Positions 48,200-59,319 of a DNA stretch of 64,000 nt are shown in pieces. The stretch covers positions 248,001 to 312,000 of the forward strand of contig NW_005201269.1 in NCBI RefSeq assembly GCF_000372725.1, in the 5' to 3' direction. This DNA comes from Emiliania huxleyi CCMP1516 (lineage: Eukaryota). How positions within the stretch are numbered: position 1 is the stretch's first letter; every line of letters begins with the position of its first letter. The position numbers were made by a program, and so were the translations under genes. Under the pieces are notes generated by a model. It saw nothing but the letters and a program-made list of their open reading frames with translations, did no database searches and was not told where the DNA came from.

Positions 48200-50611
48200 A
48201 TGCCCGCCTCGCGCGCCGCGCTTCGCACGCCGCCTCCACCGCCGTCTGCTGACAGCGCGCCGGGTGTCGAAGTCCCAAAGAACGTCCTCAAGGCGGCCGA
48301 GAACGGCCGATTGGGAGCGGTGCGATTGTGGCTGAATGAAGGCGGGAAGGCCGACACTCTCGCTAAGTTGCCCTCTGAGGTCAGCGGCCGTCCGATTCCA
48401 TGCACCCTGCTGATGCTCGCCGCGCAGCACGGGTACGCGCAGATTGTCGAGCTCCTCCTGAAGCGTGGCGCCGACATCAACTTGCAAACCAGTCTCGGCA
48501 CCACTGCGCTCAGCACTGCCGCCTACTACGGCCGCGAGCGAATGGTGGAGATGCTGCTGCAGCACGGTGCGGAGATCGGGACGGCGCTGGTATATTCCGC
48601 CCACGGCGGCAAAGAGCGGGTGGTCGATCTGCTGCTGCGGCGTGGCGCGGAGATCGACCTGCAAGACAAGAATGGTGGCACCGCGCTGATGCTCGCCGTC
48701 TGCTTCAACCGCCCCGCCGTCGTGCTCCGCCTGCTGCGGGCGGGCGCGGACATGACGTTGCGCGACGTGAACGGCTTTTCGGCGCTGCAGTGGGCCAAGG
48801 AGAAGGGCCACGCCGAGTGCGACCAGGCCTTCAAGACGTACCTCGGGGAGGTGGCGGCGGCGGGCCGGAGCAAGGCGCCGTCGGCCGAGGCAGGCGGCGC
48901 AGGCGCGGCGGGTGCGAGTGCCGCGGCCTCTGCTCCGAGCGGCGAGGGTGGCGCGGAGGCCAAGCCGAGCGGCGGTGCGGTGCCAGAGGAGGTTGTGGAC
49001 GCGGCTGGGCGAGGCGATGAGGCGTCGGTGCTGGCGTGGGTCGACGGCGGCGGGCAGGTCGACGCGGCGTTCGTGTGCGTCTATTCGGACGGCCCTGTGA
49101 ACGGCATGACGCTGCTGATACTCGCAATGATCTGCGGCCATGAGGAGTTGGTCGAGGCGCTGCTCCAGCGCGGCGCGGATGTCTCGTTGCCGAACAGCAA
49201 TGGCGACACCGCGCTGAATCTCGCCGCCGGGAATGGCCACGAGAAGCTGGTCGAGTTGGCGTTGCGGCACGGCGCGGAGATCAACGAGCGAAGCGAGTTT
49301 GGCATCACTGCACTGATAAACGCCGCCGGCAGAGGCCAGGAGAAAGTGGTCGACACGCTGATCCGGCACGGCGCGGCGATTGACCAGCAGGCCATCGACG
49401 GCGACACCGCACTGATTCGGGCCGCTTTCTTCGGCCACCTCGCCGCCGTGCTCCGCCTGCTGCGTGCGGGCGCCGACCCGAAGCTGTGCACTACGAGTGG
49501 CAAGACCGCGCTGCAGTGGGCCAAGGAGCAGGGCCACACCAAGTGCGTGCGCGCCCTCGAGGAGCATGCGGCGGCCGAAAAGGCGGCGGAGAAGGCGGCG
49601 AAGAAGGCGGCGGAGGCGGCGGAGAAGGCGGCGGCGGAGGCGGCGTGGGCCGCGGGAGCGTCGGAGAGGGCGGCGCAGAGGGCGGCGGAGGAGAAGGAGG
49701 CGGCGCGGCACGCCGAGGAGCTGCTGGCGGAGGTCGAGGCGGAGAAGCGCGCCAAGGGGAAGAAGGGCAAGAAGAAGAAGAAGAAGGGCGGCGGGGCGGG
49801 CGCAGCTGCTGGGCCGTCGCAGGAACCCGAGGAGGTTGCCGAGGCGCCGTCGGAGGCAGACGCAGCCGAGGCGGCGAAGAAGGCCGAGGAGGTGAGGCTT
49901 CTCCTGCTTCTCGAGCAGCTCACCGAGGAGAGGATCCGGTTCGGCATCACGGCGGAGAGCCAGGCCGCGGCGTCGGCCGAGGTGGCCGAGGCGTCACGCT
50001 TGGCCGAGGAGGCGGAGGAGGCGGAGGAGGAGGCGGAGGAGGAGGAGGAGGCCGAGACAGCGGCCGTGGCGGCGCTGGCTGTGGCCAAGGCTGTACGGGC
50101 GGAGTCCAGGGCGGCGGAGGAGGCGGCCAGGGCGGCGATGGACGAGGTCGTGGCGGCGCTGGAGGAGGCTAGGCGATGGAGAAGGCCACGGCGGCGCGTG
50201 CGGGGGACGAGACGGCGTTTGAGGAGGCGGCGGCCGCTGCAGAGGCAAGGGGTGCTGCTGCGGCCGCTGCAAGGGCCAGGGCGGCTGCCGCCAGGATGGC
50301 AGCGGAGGCGGCCCAGCGCTCATAGCGCGAGCTGCTCAGAAGAGGCGCGTGGCCACCTCTCTGCGAACTCTCTGGGTGGAGTTTGGGAGCTTCCATCGAG
50401 GACGCGCTCGCCGGAGGTTCATCATGCACAGATTTGTGTGTTTGGTGTTGTCGCTGTTCACTGGAGCCGGGGAGGTCGAGGGCGGGGGGGTGGTGCCTTG
50501 TGGGGCCGCGCGGGGAAAACCGGTGCCGGACACTGTGAGCGGCGCCGCCGTCCGCCCGCGCCACGGCGCCACGCGCGCGGGGCCGGCCGGGTTCGCGTTT
50601 TGTGGAGATGA
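48200..50611 (+). CDS. Ankyrin-repeat protein (two ankyrin blocks and an Ala/Glu-rich coiled coil) with a frameshifted tail
   Basis: TLLMLAAQHGYAQIVELLLKRGADIN and G.TAL..A repeats. A frameshift near 50170 is evident relative to the downstream paralogue. Confidence 0.85.
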   Translation: MPASRAALRTPPPPPSADSAPGVEVPKNVLKAAENGRLGAVRLWLNEGGKADTLAKLPSEVSGRPIPCTLLMLAAQHGYAQIVELLLKRGADINLQTSLGTTALSTAAYYGRERMVEMLLQHGAEIGTALVYSAHGGKERVVDLLLRRGAEIDLQDKNGGTALMLAVCFNRPAVVLRLLRAGADMTLRDVNGFSALQWAKEKGHAECDQAFKTYLGEVAAAGRSKAPSAEAGGAGAAGASAAASAPSGEGGAEAKPSGGAVPEEVVDAAGRGDEASVLAWVDGGGQVDAAFVCVYSDGPVNGMTLLILAMICGHEELVEALLQRGADVSLPNSNGDTALNLAAGNGHEKLVELALRHGAEINERSEFGITALINAAGRGQEKVVDTLIRHGAAIDQQAIDGDTALIRAAFFGHLAAVLRLLRAGADPKLCTTSGKTALQWAKEQGHTKCVRALEEHAAAEKAAEKAAKKAAEAAEKAAAEAAWAAGASERAAQRAAEEKEAARHAEELLAEVEAEKRAKGKKGKKKKKKGGGAGAAAGPSQEPEEVAEAPSEADAAEAAKKAEEVRLLLLLEQLTEERIRFGITAESQAAASAEVAEASRLAEEAEEAEEEAEEEEEAETAAVAALAVAKAVRAESRAAEEAARAAMDEVVAALEEARRWRRPRRRVRGTRRRLRRRRPLQRQGVLLRPLQGPGRLPPGWQRRRPSAHSASCSEEARGHLSANSLGGVWELPSRTRSPEVHHAQICVFGVVAVHWSRGGRGRGGGALWGRAGKTGAGHCERRRRPPAPRRHARGAGRVRVLWR

Positions 50612-50657
50612 TCTATATTAAATAAATAAATAAAACGGTCAAACTCTGAGACGAGAT

Positions 50658-52133
50658 GTGGGTGCTGAGCCGAGCGGCGGCGGGGCGGTGCCAAAGGAGG
50701 TTGTGGCAGCGGCTCGGCGAGGCGAGGAGGCGGCGGTGCTGATTTGGCTTGACGGCGGCGGGCGGGTCGATGCGACGTTCGTGCACGTCTTTTCGAACGG
50801 CCCTGAGAGCGGCATGACGCAGCTGATGATCGCAATGATGAGGGGCCACGAGGAGTTGGCCGAGGCGCTGCTCCAGCGCGGCGCGGATGCCTCGTTGCAG
50901 TCTAGCGATGGCGCCACCGCGCTGAGTAACGCCGCCTTGAATGGCCACGAGAAGCTGGTCGAGTTGGCGTTACGGCACGGCGCGGAGATCAACCTTCAGT
51001 GCCACTACGGCAACACTGCACTGATTTGGGCCGCTTACCGTGGCCACTCCGCCGCCCTCCTCTGCTTGCTGCGGGCGGGCGCAGACATGACGCTGCGCAC
51101 TACGGATGGCTGGACCGCGCTGCAGCTTGCCATGAACAAGGGCCACACTGAGTGCGTGCGCGCCCTCGCGGAGCATGCGGCGGCCAACAAGGCGGCGGAG
51201 AAGGCGGCGGCGGAGGCGGCGTGGGCCGCGGGAGCGGCGGAGAGGGCGGCGCAGAGGGCGGCGGAGGAGAAGGAGGCGGCGCGGCACGCCAAGGAGCTGC
51301 TGGCGGAGGTCGAGGCGGAGAAGCGCGCCAAGGGCAAGAAGGGCAAGAAGAAGAAGAAGAAGGGCGGCGGGGCGGGCGGGGCTGCGGGGCCGTCGCAGGA
51401 GCCCGAGGAGGTTGCCGAGGCGCCGTCGGAGGCAGACGCAGCCGAGGCGGCAAAGAAGGCCGAGGAGGTGAGGATCCTCCTGCTTCTCGAGACGCTCACC
51501 GAGGTGGCCGAGGCGGCGCGCTTGGCCGAGGAGGCGGAGGCGGCGGAGGAGGAGGCGGAGGAGGAGGAGGAGGCCGAGGCATCGGCTGAGGCGGCGCTGG
51601 GTGTGGCCAAGGCTGCACGGGCGGAGTCCAGGGCGGCGCAGGCGGAGGCCAGGGCGGCGTTTGAGGAGGCGAAGGCGGCGCTGAGCGGGGCCGACTCGGC
51701 TGTTGAGGGGGACGAGACGGCGTTTGAGGAGGCGGCGGCCGCGACAGAGGCGAGGCGTGCTGCTGCAGCCGCTGCGAGGGCCAGGGCGACTGCCGCCAGG
51801 ATGGCAGCGGAGGCGGCCGAGCGCTCATGCGCGAGCTGCTCAGAAGAAGCGCGTGGCCACCATCCTTCCTGCGGACTCTCTGGGTGGAGCTTGGGCGCTT
51901 CTGTCGAGGACACGCTCGCCGGAGGGTCATCATGCACCGCAACTGTGTGCGCGGTGACGGTTGTCGTTGTTCGTTTGAGACGTGGAGCTCAGAGCTGGTG
52001 GGGCGTGAACCGGGCCCGCGGGGCCGGACGCCGCGCGCCGCCCGGGGGCGGCGGCGGGCGGCCTGGCCGCGGTGCTCGGGGAGTGGCGCGAGATTGTGTG
52101 ACCGTGACGTGCGTTCCAAATTTGCAATATTAA
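50658..52133 (+). pseudogene. 5'-truncated tandem paralogue of the ankyrin gene
   Basis: It starts at EPSGGGAVPKEVV, homologous to the second ankyrin block of 48200-50611. There is no ATG at the homology start, and the coiled-coil region is near-identical. Confidence 0.7.
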
Positions 52134-52782
52134 ATCCGTTACTTCCAGGCGCCGGGGCCGGGCGCCGTGGTGGGCGCCGTGGCGGTGGAGGCCACGGTGG
52201 CGGCGCCGGGGCCGGGGGCCGTGGTGCGCTGGTGGGCGCCGTCCGTGGCGGCCATGTGACGACGAGAGCGACTGGATACCCGCGGCCGGACTCCATCCGG
52301 CACGCGTCGCTGGGCGCTCAGAGCCGCGTCCCCTGCTCGCCACGAACGACCCCGACGCCCAAGGCGCCCGAATCGAACGACAGGCGGCACGCGAAGACTG
52401 GTTGCAATCCCGCCGACCGCCAGGCCGCGGGATGATGTGCGCGGGGTCTTGTAGTGGGTCTCGGAAGCTCCACCGTAAAAAAATAAAAAAAGTGACGCGA
52501 ACCGGACGGACGTCAAGGTGCGAGACGCTGCTCAGGACTCGGTGTTGAGCACAAGTGCGTCGTCCGATCAGCCGTCGCGGCACCTGCTCGTCTCCTGCCC
52601 TCACGCACTCGCACACGTCCACGCACACGCACACACGTCGGCTTGCACCAACACACGGTGCTTCTTCGGGCGCCGCGAAAACCGCTCTCTCTCTCTCTCT
52701 CTCTCGGCCTTCCGGTGGCGCCGTCAGCGAGCGCCGTTGCCGTCTCATTGCTTCCTCAGGCGCCCAACGACTCGCCCTCTCA

Positions 52783-55700
52783 ATGGGTGCCGAGGACTAC
52801 CTCACCGATGGTGCCGTCCCACGGGAGCCGGGAGCGAGCGATACTCCCGACCTCGGTGCGGCAGACACGATCGACACCGAGTTTGTCCGTGAGAAGATCA
52901 AGAACCGTCACCTGCACGACGCCATCTACACGCGGTGCGGTTCGGTCATGATTGTGACCAACCCCTTCAAAAAGATGAACCTCTTCAGCAATGCGATCCT
53001 CGAGCAGTACAAGAATGCTCCGGTGCTGACGGAGCTGCCGCCGCACACGTTCGCCGTCGCCTCGACCGCTCACAGAGGCATGGTGCAGGAGGGCCTGAGC
53101 CAGGCCATCATCGTCAGCGGCGAGTCGGGAGCGGGCAAGACCGAGTCGGCCCGCCACATGATGCTTTACCTGAGGTATGTTTGCCAGACGAGCGAGGAGC
53201 TCGAGACGCGCCTCTACGGCTCGGACCCAATCACCGAGGCGTTCGGGTGCGCAAAGACGGTTCGCAACGACAACTCGTCGCGGATGGGCAAGTTCACCAC
53301 CCTCAACTTCGACTCGGGCTCAAAGATTCAGGTCCGCCTCCCGGCCTCCAGACCTCCCAACACTGCGCGCCGCTGACATGCCCACGCTCACGTCGCAGGG
53401 CGCCACTCTCAACACCTACCTGCTCGAGAAGACCCGCGTGACGACGCCGGGGCCAGGTCGGACGGGCCGAGATCGGCCCGACACATCGTCCGAGATTAGC
53501 GGCGGCGGCTGTCCGGCAAGCCTGCGGCCACGGGCGCGCCGCCACCCGCCGCGCCTCCCTCTGCGCAGGCGAGCGCGCGTACCACGCCTTTTACGCGCTG
53601 CTGCGGAGCGGCGAGGCTGACCGCGTCTCGTCGCTCAAGCTGACGACCGAGCCCGCCGACTACTTTTACCTCAACAACAACGGGGCGCACACGGGCGAGC
53701 CGGGTGGCAAGCGGACCGACAAGATGCTCTGGGATGAGCTCGACGAGGCGCTCAAGGCGGGCGGCTGGACGGCCGACGGGCTGACCGAGCTGTGGGCGCT
53801 GGTCGCCGCCTGCCTCCACACGGGCAACATCAACTTCGACCCGGCAAAGACGGACACGGCGACCATCACGGCTGACTCCGCCAAATGGGTAGAGAACGTC
53901 GAGGCCGTGCTGGGCCTCCCGGGGGGCGTGCTTCCAAAGGTGCTGACCAAGATGAAGATGAAGGTTGGCACCGAGATGATGGACAAGGACCTCACCGTCG
54001 CCAAGGCCGTGGACACGCGCGACGCGTTGGCCAAGGGCATCTTCTCGCGGCTCTTCGACAAGCTGATCGAGCAGATCAACACGTCGATGGCCGAGGCCAA
54101 GGGCTGCGACCGCAACGCGACCATCAAGAATGTCATCGGTATCGTCGACATCTTTGGCTTCGAGATCTTCGAGAAGAACTCGATGGAGCAGCTGTGCATC
54201 AACTTTGCCAACGAGAAGCTGCAGGCGCTCTTCACCAAGACCGTCTTCGCCGAGACCATGAAGGCGTACAAGGAGGAGGGCATCGACGTGGCAGACATCA
54301 CGTACAGCGACAACGCCAACCTCATCAAGACGTTCGAGACGCCAAAGACGGGCCTCTTCGGCCTCCTCACCGAGGAGTGCATCCTGCCAAAGGGCACGGA
54401 CGAGGGCTTCACCGAGAAGGTGATGGCGACGCACGGCAAGGGCGGCATCATCTTCCGGATGAAGGGCGTCGGCCCAAAGGAGGGCTTCGGCCTCAACCAC
54501 TTTGCCGGTCAGGTCAACTACGGCACCAAGGCCTGGCTCGACAAGAACCGCGACCCGATGAGCGGCGACCTGGTCCAGCTGATGCTCTCCGCGGACAACA
54601 AGCTCCTCAAGGAGCTCTTCACGGAGAAGCAGGAGGCCGACGCGGGCGGCGGCGGCGGCAAGAAGAAGTCGCCAAAGTTCAAGGGCGTGATGGACACCTT
54701 CACGGCGCAGCTCAACGACCTCAACGGCACGCTCGAGAAGTGCGCGCTCCACTTTGTCCGCTGCTTCAAGACCAACGACCAGAAGAAGAAGGAGTTCAAC
54801 GAGGACGAGGTGGTGATGCGGCAGCTGCAGACGTCCGGCGTGCTAGACGCGCTCCGCGTGTCGCGCGAGGGCTACCCCGACCGGATGATCTTCGAGACCT
54901 TCAGCTCGCAGTACATCGCGGTGCCCGGCCTCAAGACGGCCGCAGAGCTCGCCCCCAAGCCGCCCAAGGAGCGGGTCGACACGCTGCTCGAGCGGCTCGA
55001 GGTGCCCAAGGAGAAGTTTCGCTCCGGCAAGACGCGCGTCTTCTTTGCCGCCGGCGTGCTCGACGGGCTCCGCGCGAAGCGGACCGCGATGCAGGCCAAG
55101 ATCGCCACCGAGATCCAGCGGGTGGGCCGCGGCCTCGTCGCCCGCGCAAAGGCGCGCGAGCTGCGCAAGATCCGCGAGGCGGCGCTGCAGGCGATGGTCG
55201 CCGCGACACCGGGGGAGGACATCGAGGCGCTGCGCACGGCCATCAAGGGCGCCAAGGACGCCGGCCTCCCGAACTATCCCGCTGGCAAGGCCAAGTTCGA
55301 CGAGGCGGAGAAGCGGCTCGCCACGCTCGAGGCGGAGCTCAAGGCGCGCAAGGAGGCGGAGGCGGCGCTCGAGGCGGCCGTCGCCGGGACGGACATCCCG
55401 GCGCTCGAGGCGGCGCTCAAGAAGGCGGTCGACTGCAAGTCGGACAACAAGCCGCTGATCGAGCGCGGCGAGAAGCGCGTCGAGTTCCTCAAGGAGGAGG
55501 AGCGGCGCGCCGAGGAGGAGCGGAAGCGGAAGGAGGAGGAGGAGAGGAAGCTGGCCGAGCTCAAGGCGGCGGCGGAGAAGGACGCCTCCAAGAAGGCGGA
55601 GCTCGAGGCCGCCCAGGCCGCCGCCGCGGAGGCGGAGAAGAAGTCAGCCGCCGAGGCGGCCGCGCGCGAGGCTGCGGCGGCGGGCGGGGACGCGGCGATC

Positions 55701-57313
55701 GTGGCGCAGGCCGAGCAGGAGGCGGAGGCGGTCAAGGCGGAGGAGGAGGCGAAGCAGGTGGCGGAGGAGACGGCGCAGAAGACGCAGCTGGTCAAGTCGC
55801 AGAGCCGCATGCTCGCCGAGGCGAAGGCGGACCCCGAGCACGCCGCGGTGGCGGGCGACGCGGCGGCCAGCGCGGCGGCCAGCGCGGTGGCCAACGGCGC
55901 GGGATCGGACGAGGCGATCAAGGCGGGCATAGCGGCCGCGGAGGCGGCGGAGGCGGAGGCGCAGGAGCGGGCCATCCAGGAGAAGGCGCAGCTGCGTCGC
56001 GCGACGATCGACAAGCTGCGCAGCGAGGAGGTCAAGTTCCACTCGTTGCCGGAGGACGTGGTGGACTACGCCGACTACCTCGGGATGGACCTCAAGGAGG
56101 ACCTCGGGCTGCTGTGGATCGCCGACGAGGCGCTGCGCGCGGACGACCCCGACGGCTGGATCGAGCGCGAGGGGCCGACGGGCGACCACTACTACGAGCA
56201 CGAAGTGACGGGCCAGGTGCTCTACTCGCACCCGCTCGACTACCAGTTCCAGCAGCTCTACCTCGAGGAGAAGAAGAAGGGCGGAAGCGGGCAGCTGGGG
56301 AGGCGAAACTCGGACGACGACGACGACGACATGGCGCCGCCGAAGCAGGCGCGCAGCAGCAGTCGCGCCGCCCTGCTGGCCGCCACGGGCCCGGTGGGCA
56401 GCGCGGACGACGTGTTGCGGCGCGTGCAGCGGCTGCTGGGCACGACGCGGAGCGACGAGCTGCGGCAGCTGCTCATTCAGCCGTCGCTGTGCAAGACGCC
56501 CGTGCGCTGCTTTGTGATCCGGCACAAGTCGTTCATGGGCACCCCCCGCTTCGACTTCTTCATGTCCATCTCGCGCACCGACGACATGTACTGCTTCACG
56601 GCGAAGAAGTGGCCCCTCGGGATCAACAAGGGCTGCTACTACTCCATCTCGCTCGACCAGGAGGAGGCGAAGCGGTCCAAGGCGAGCACGCTCGAGTCGG
56701 GCGCCTTTGTCGGCAAGGTCCGCTCCGACAAGAAGTCGCTCGACTACACCCTGTACGACGACGGCACCTCGCCCGACGGAAAGGACAAGGGCGGCACCTC
56801 GGTGCTGCGCCACGAGCTGCTGCACATAAACTTTTCGAACTCGCTGCGCAACCGCGACCCAGGCGCCATGACGGTGGTCCTGCCCGAGGTGGACAGCGAC
56901 GGCAGCTTCGAGAGCGTGCAGCCGAGGCATCACACGGAGGGGCTCGAGGCGCTGCTCAAGCGCGGCGAGAAGGGCGGGCTGCTCGAGCTCAAGAACCGGC
57001 AGCCAAAGTGGAACGCGTCGAGCAACATGTACGTCCTCGACTTCCACGGCCGCGCCTCGCTCCCCTCGTGCAGAAACGTCCAGCTGGCGCCAAAGGCGCG
57101 CGCGCGCGGTCCGGGCTGCGCGCGCCGCTGCCTGAAGCGCTCTCACCCGCCCGCCACCTCCGCCCGCCTCAGGCCAAGGAGAGCGACGTCTGCTTCCTGA
57201 TGGGCAAGGTGGAGGAGAACCGCTTCAACATCGACTTCAAGGCGCCCTTCTCGGCCATGCAGGCGTTTGCGACCGCGATCATCATCTTTGACAACAGCTC
57301 CGGCGCCTTTTGA
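52783..57313 (+). CDS. Myosin motor - IQ - coiled coil - CEP164-type WW module - Tubby domain fusion protein (~1424 aa)
   Basis: Exons are 52783-53331, 53399-53456, 53569-57095 and 57173-57313. Myosin motifs are GESGAGKT, NDNSSRMGK, LLEKTRV, DIFGFE and EQLCINFANEKLQ. Tubby motifs are FVGKVRSD, LKNRQPKWN..YVLDFHGRASLPSCRNVQL and MGKV..FNIDFKAPFSAMQAF. Confidence 0.92.
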
Positions 57314-57748
57314 AAGGCCCGTCCGAGGCCGGGATATGGCTGGGCCTGGCCATATCGTTCGCCGTCAGCCTGCACGCAACGCCGCACACTCGACTCTACG
57401 CCGTCGAGACGGGCCTCCGCCTCCTCTTAAGCATAGCCCTAGACCCTGTACCCTCTAATGCTATTCTGCGCCGCGCCCCCCGTGCGTGAGTCCGCAGGCT
57501 TTGTGCCTCCTGTCTTACGGCACATACAGGGGCGCTGCCGGCCCCCGCGCACCGCGCACGCTGTGCTCTTCCGGCCTCGCTCCTCCATGTTTGTGGCGTG
57601 ATGTATCTTCCATGTTGGGCTGTGCGAGGGGTTTACGTTTTGTTTAAGTGCTGAAGAAGGATAAAACAGCGAGATCGCGCAAACGCGCGCTTCAGATCCT
57701 GGCGCCTCCAGCCACGTACATAAGAGAGTACGAGATGGCACACAGAGG

Positions 57749-58342
57749 CTAGTCCCAGAGCTCATCGTCATCAAGCGCCTCTGCCATGGCCGCATCGCCG
57801 CTCCCCTCCCGGGCTGGCTGCGCGGGCGCGAGCGCGTCGGTCGCCGCCTGCGCTGCCCCGAGGTGGATTGGTATCCTCGGGCCCGCCGACTTGGGCCGGA
57901 CGGGCGGCTCGGCACCGCTGCGCAGCTGAGACGGCGTCTCGTCCTCCGCCGCCTCCACCGCCGGCGCGCGCGGCACCAGATCGTAGTTCGCGGCGAGCAG
58001 ACAGAACTTTTGAGGCGGAAGCTGGATGCCAGACGTGCTGGTCGGCGCGGCGGGCAGCGGCTGGCCGTTGCGCTCGCGCGCAAGCCACTCAAGGAAGGGC
58101 GCCGAGGTGACCTGCGCCTCTGCAGACTTGAGCCTGCACGCCAGTCTGACGTCCTCGCACTCCACCGCCGTGCGGCCCGCGTGCGCCGCGTAGTCTGCGC
58201 CTTCCGAAAAGACCTCGGCGCAATGAGCGTGCATGAAGGTGAGGAGCTGGTGGAGGACGCCCGGCTCGTAGTCGGTCACACCCATCGAGCGCAGGATCTC
58301 GTCGACGGTCGCGGCGTCGCGCGGCGCGCCGGAGCTCGACAT
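57749..58342 (-). CDS. TAF9: TFIID subunit TAF9 (histone fold)
   Basis: PRDAATVDEILRSMGVTDYEPGVLHQLL..YAAHAGR..EDVRLA..LARERNGQPLP..GIQLPP.KFCLLAANY. Confidence 0.9.
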   Translation of the reverse strand: MSSSGAPRDAATVDEILRSMGVTDYEPGVLHQLLTFMHAHCAEVFSEGADYAAHAGRTAVECEDVRLACRLKSAEAQVTSAPFLEWLARERNGQPLPAAPTSTSGIQLPPQKFCLLAANYDLVPRAPAVEAAEDETPSQLRSGAEPPVRPKSAGPRIPIHLGAAQAATDALAPAQPAREGSGDAAMAEALDDDELWD

Positions 58343-58522
58343 GCGCCCACCTCGCCGAGTTGTGGAAGAAAAAATCGACATATGAGTGTGGCGTACGGCT
58401 ACCGTTCAACCGTCTTTCTTACCGTTCAACCGGTTGGGACATTCCGTCTCCATACCTGGCCGTCGTAACACATGACGCGACTTTGTGGACGCTGCTGAGC
58501 AGCGTCACATACTCCTAGACGT

Positions 58523-59054
58523 ATGGTTCTTGACCTGATGGACTATGGCATCAACTACAACACCAACACAAAGGATGCCTGCGCGTGGGACGCGTGGGAG
58601 GAGTTCTGCGGCGTGATGAACACCGCGCCGCTGCGGCAAGCGTCGTTCGTGCGAGAGTACCCCGCGCGAGAAAGCAAGCTGCTCGGTCTCTTCGTCCTTT
58701 GGATCTATCCCCGGCTGAAACCTCGGAGTCGCGCAGATCGCTGGGCCAAGCCGAGATCCGCCCTCGCCTACCCGCTGGCTATTATCCGCATCTTTCAGCG
58801 GTGGCAAGTCGTCCTCCCGAGCATCAAAAACGTGCGCGCGCAAGTTCGCGGACTCCTACGCGTGGCGGTCAATGTCTTCGGGCTGGGGTTTCTCGCGCCG
58901 CGACGCAAGGAGCCTTTCACCATGGACATGCTGCGCGCGGTCTGCGCCATCCCGAATGGCGCTCGCGTCGGCGCGCACACGTGGCACGCCGAGTCGCCTA
59001 TCACGATCCTCGTCACAGATCTGATGTGCTTTCTGCTGCGGACGGGGTTCCGTC
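58523..59054 (+). pseudogene. Truncated tyrosine recombinase of a DIRS/Ngaro-type retroelement
   Basis: AWDAWEEFC..F..W..SALAY..I..RRKEPFT..L..TGFR corresponds to the core-binding domain up to the first catalytic Arg. The ORF is then cut by repeat family C. Confidence 0.55.
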
Positions 59055-59210
59055 CGTGTGTGATCAGTGTCTACGGATGGGGTGTCTTTGGCTCACGCCA
59101 GGGCGCTCGTTGCTCCTCCGTCTCTTTGTATCTTCCATACTGCGTTTATCAGAAGACCAGTGTGGGCACCCAATTGCAAGTTCCAAGTACGATTCTGAGG
59201 GAGGGTGTAA

Positions 59211-59319
59211 ATGACCCCCCCCCCCAATGAACACACCAGAGACCAGTGAGGGAGGGCGAGACGATCGAGGGGTCCCGTACCATGCGGAATCGACCCTATC
59301 CAGTGCTCAAGTGCTCAAG
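59211..59319 (+). repeat. Repeat family A copy
   Basis: Matches 39483-39581. Confidence 0.85.

Noticed and set aside
47951..49711. 586-aa minus-strand ORF
   Set aside because: It is the antisense shadow of the ankyrin gene in GC-rich DNA.
53885..57313. 1142-aa alternative-frame ORF and the antisense ORFs over the myosin gene
   Set aside because: These are Arg/Gly-rich frame shadows. Only the last exon (57173-57313) of this frame is real.
59268..59305. tRNA B-box-like GGTCGATTCC on the minus strand of repeat family A
   Set aside because: No cloverleaf or convincing A-box is present, so it is not called as a tRNA or SINE.
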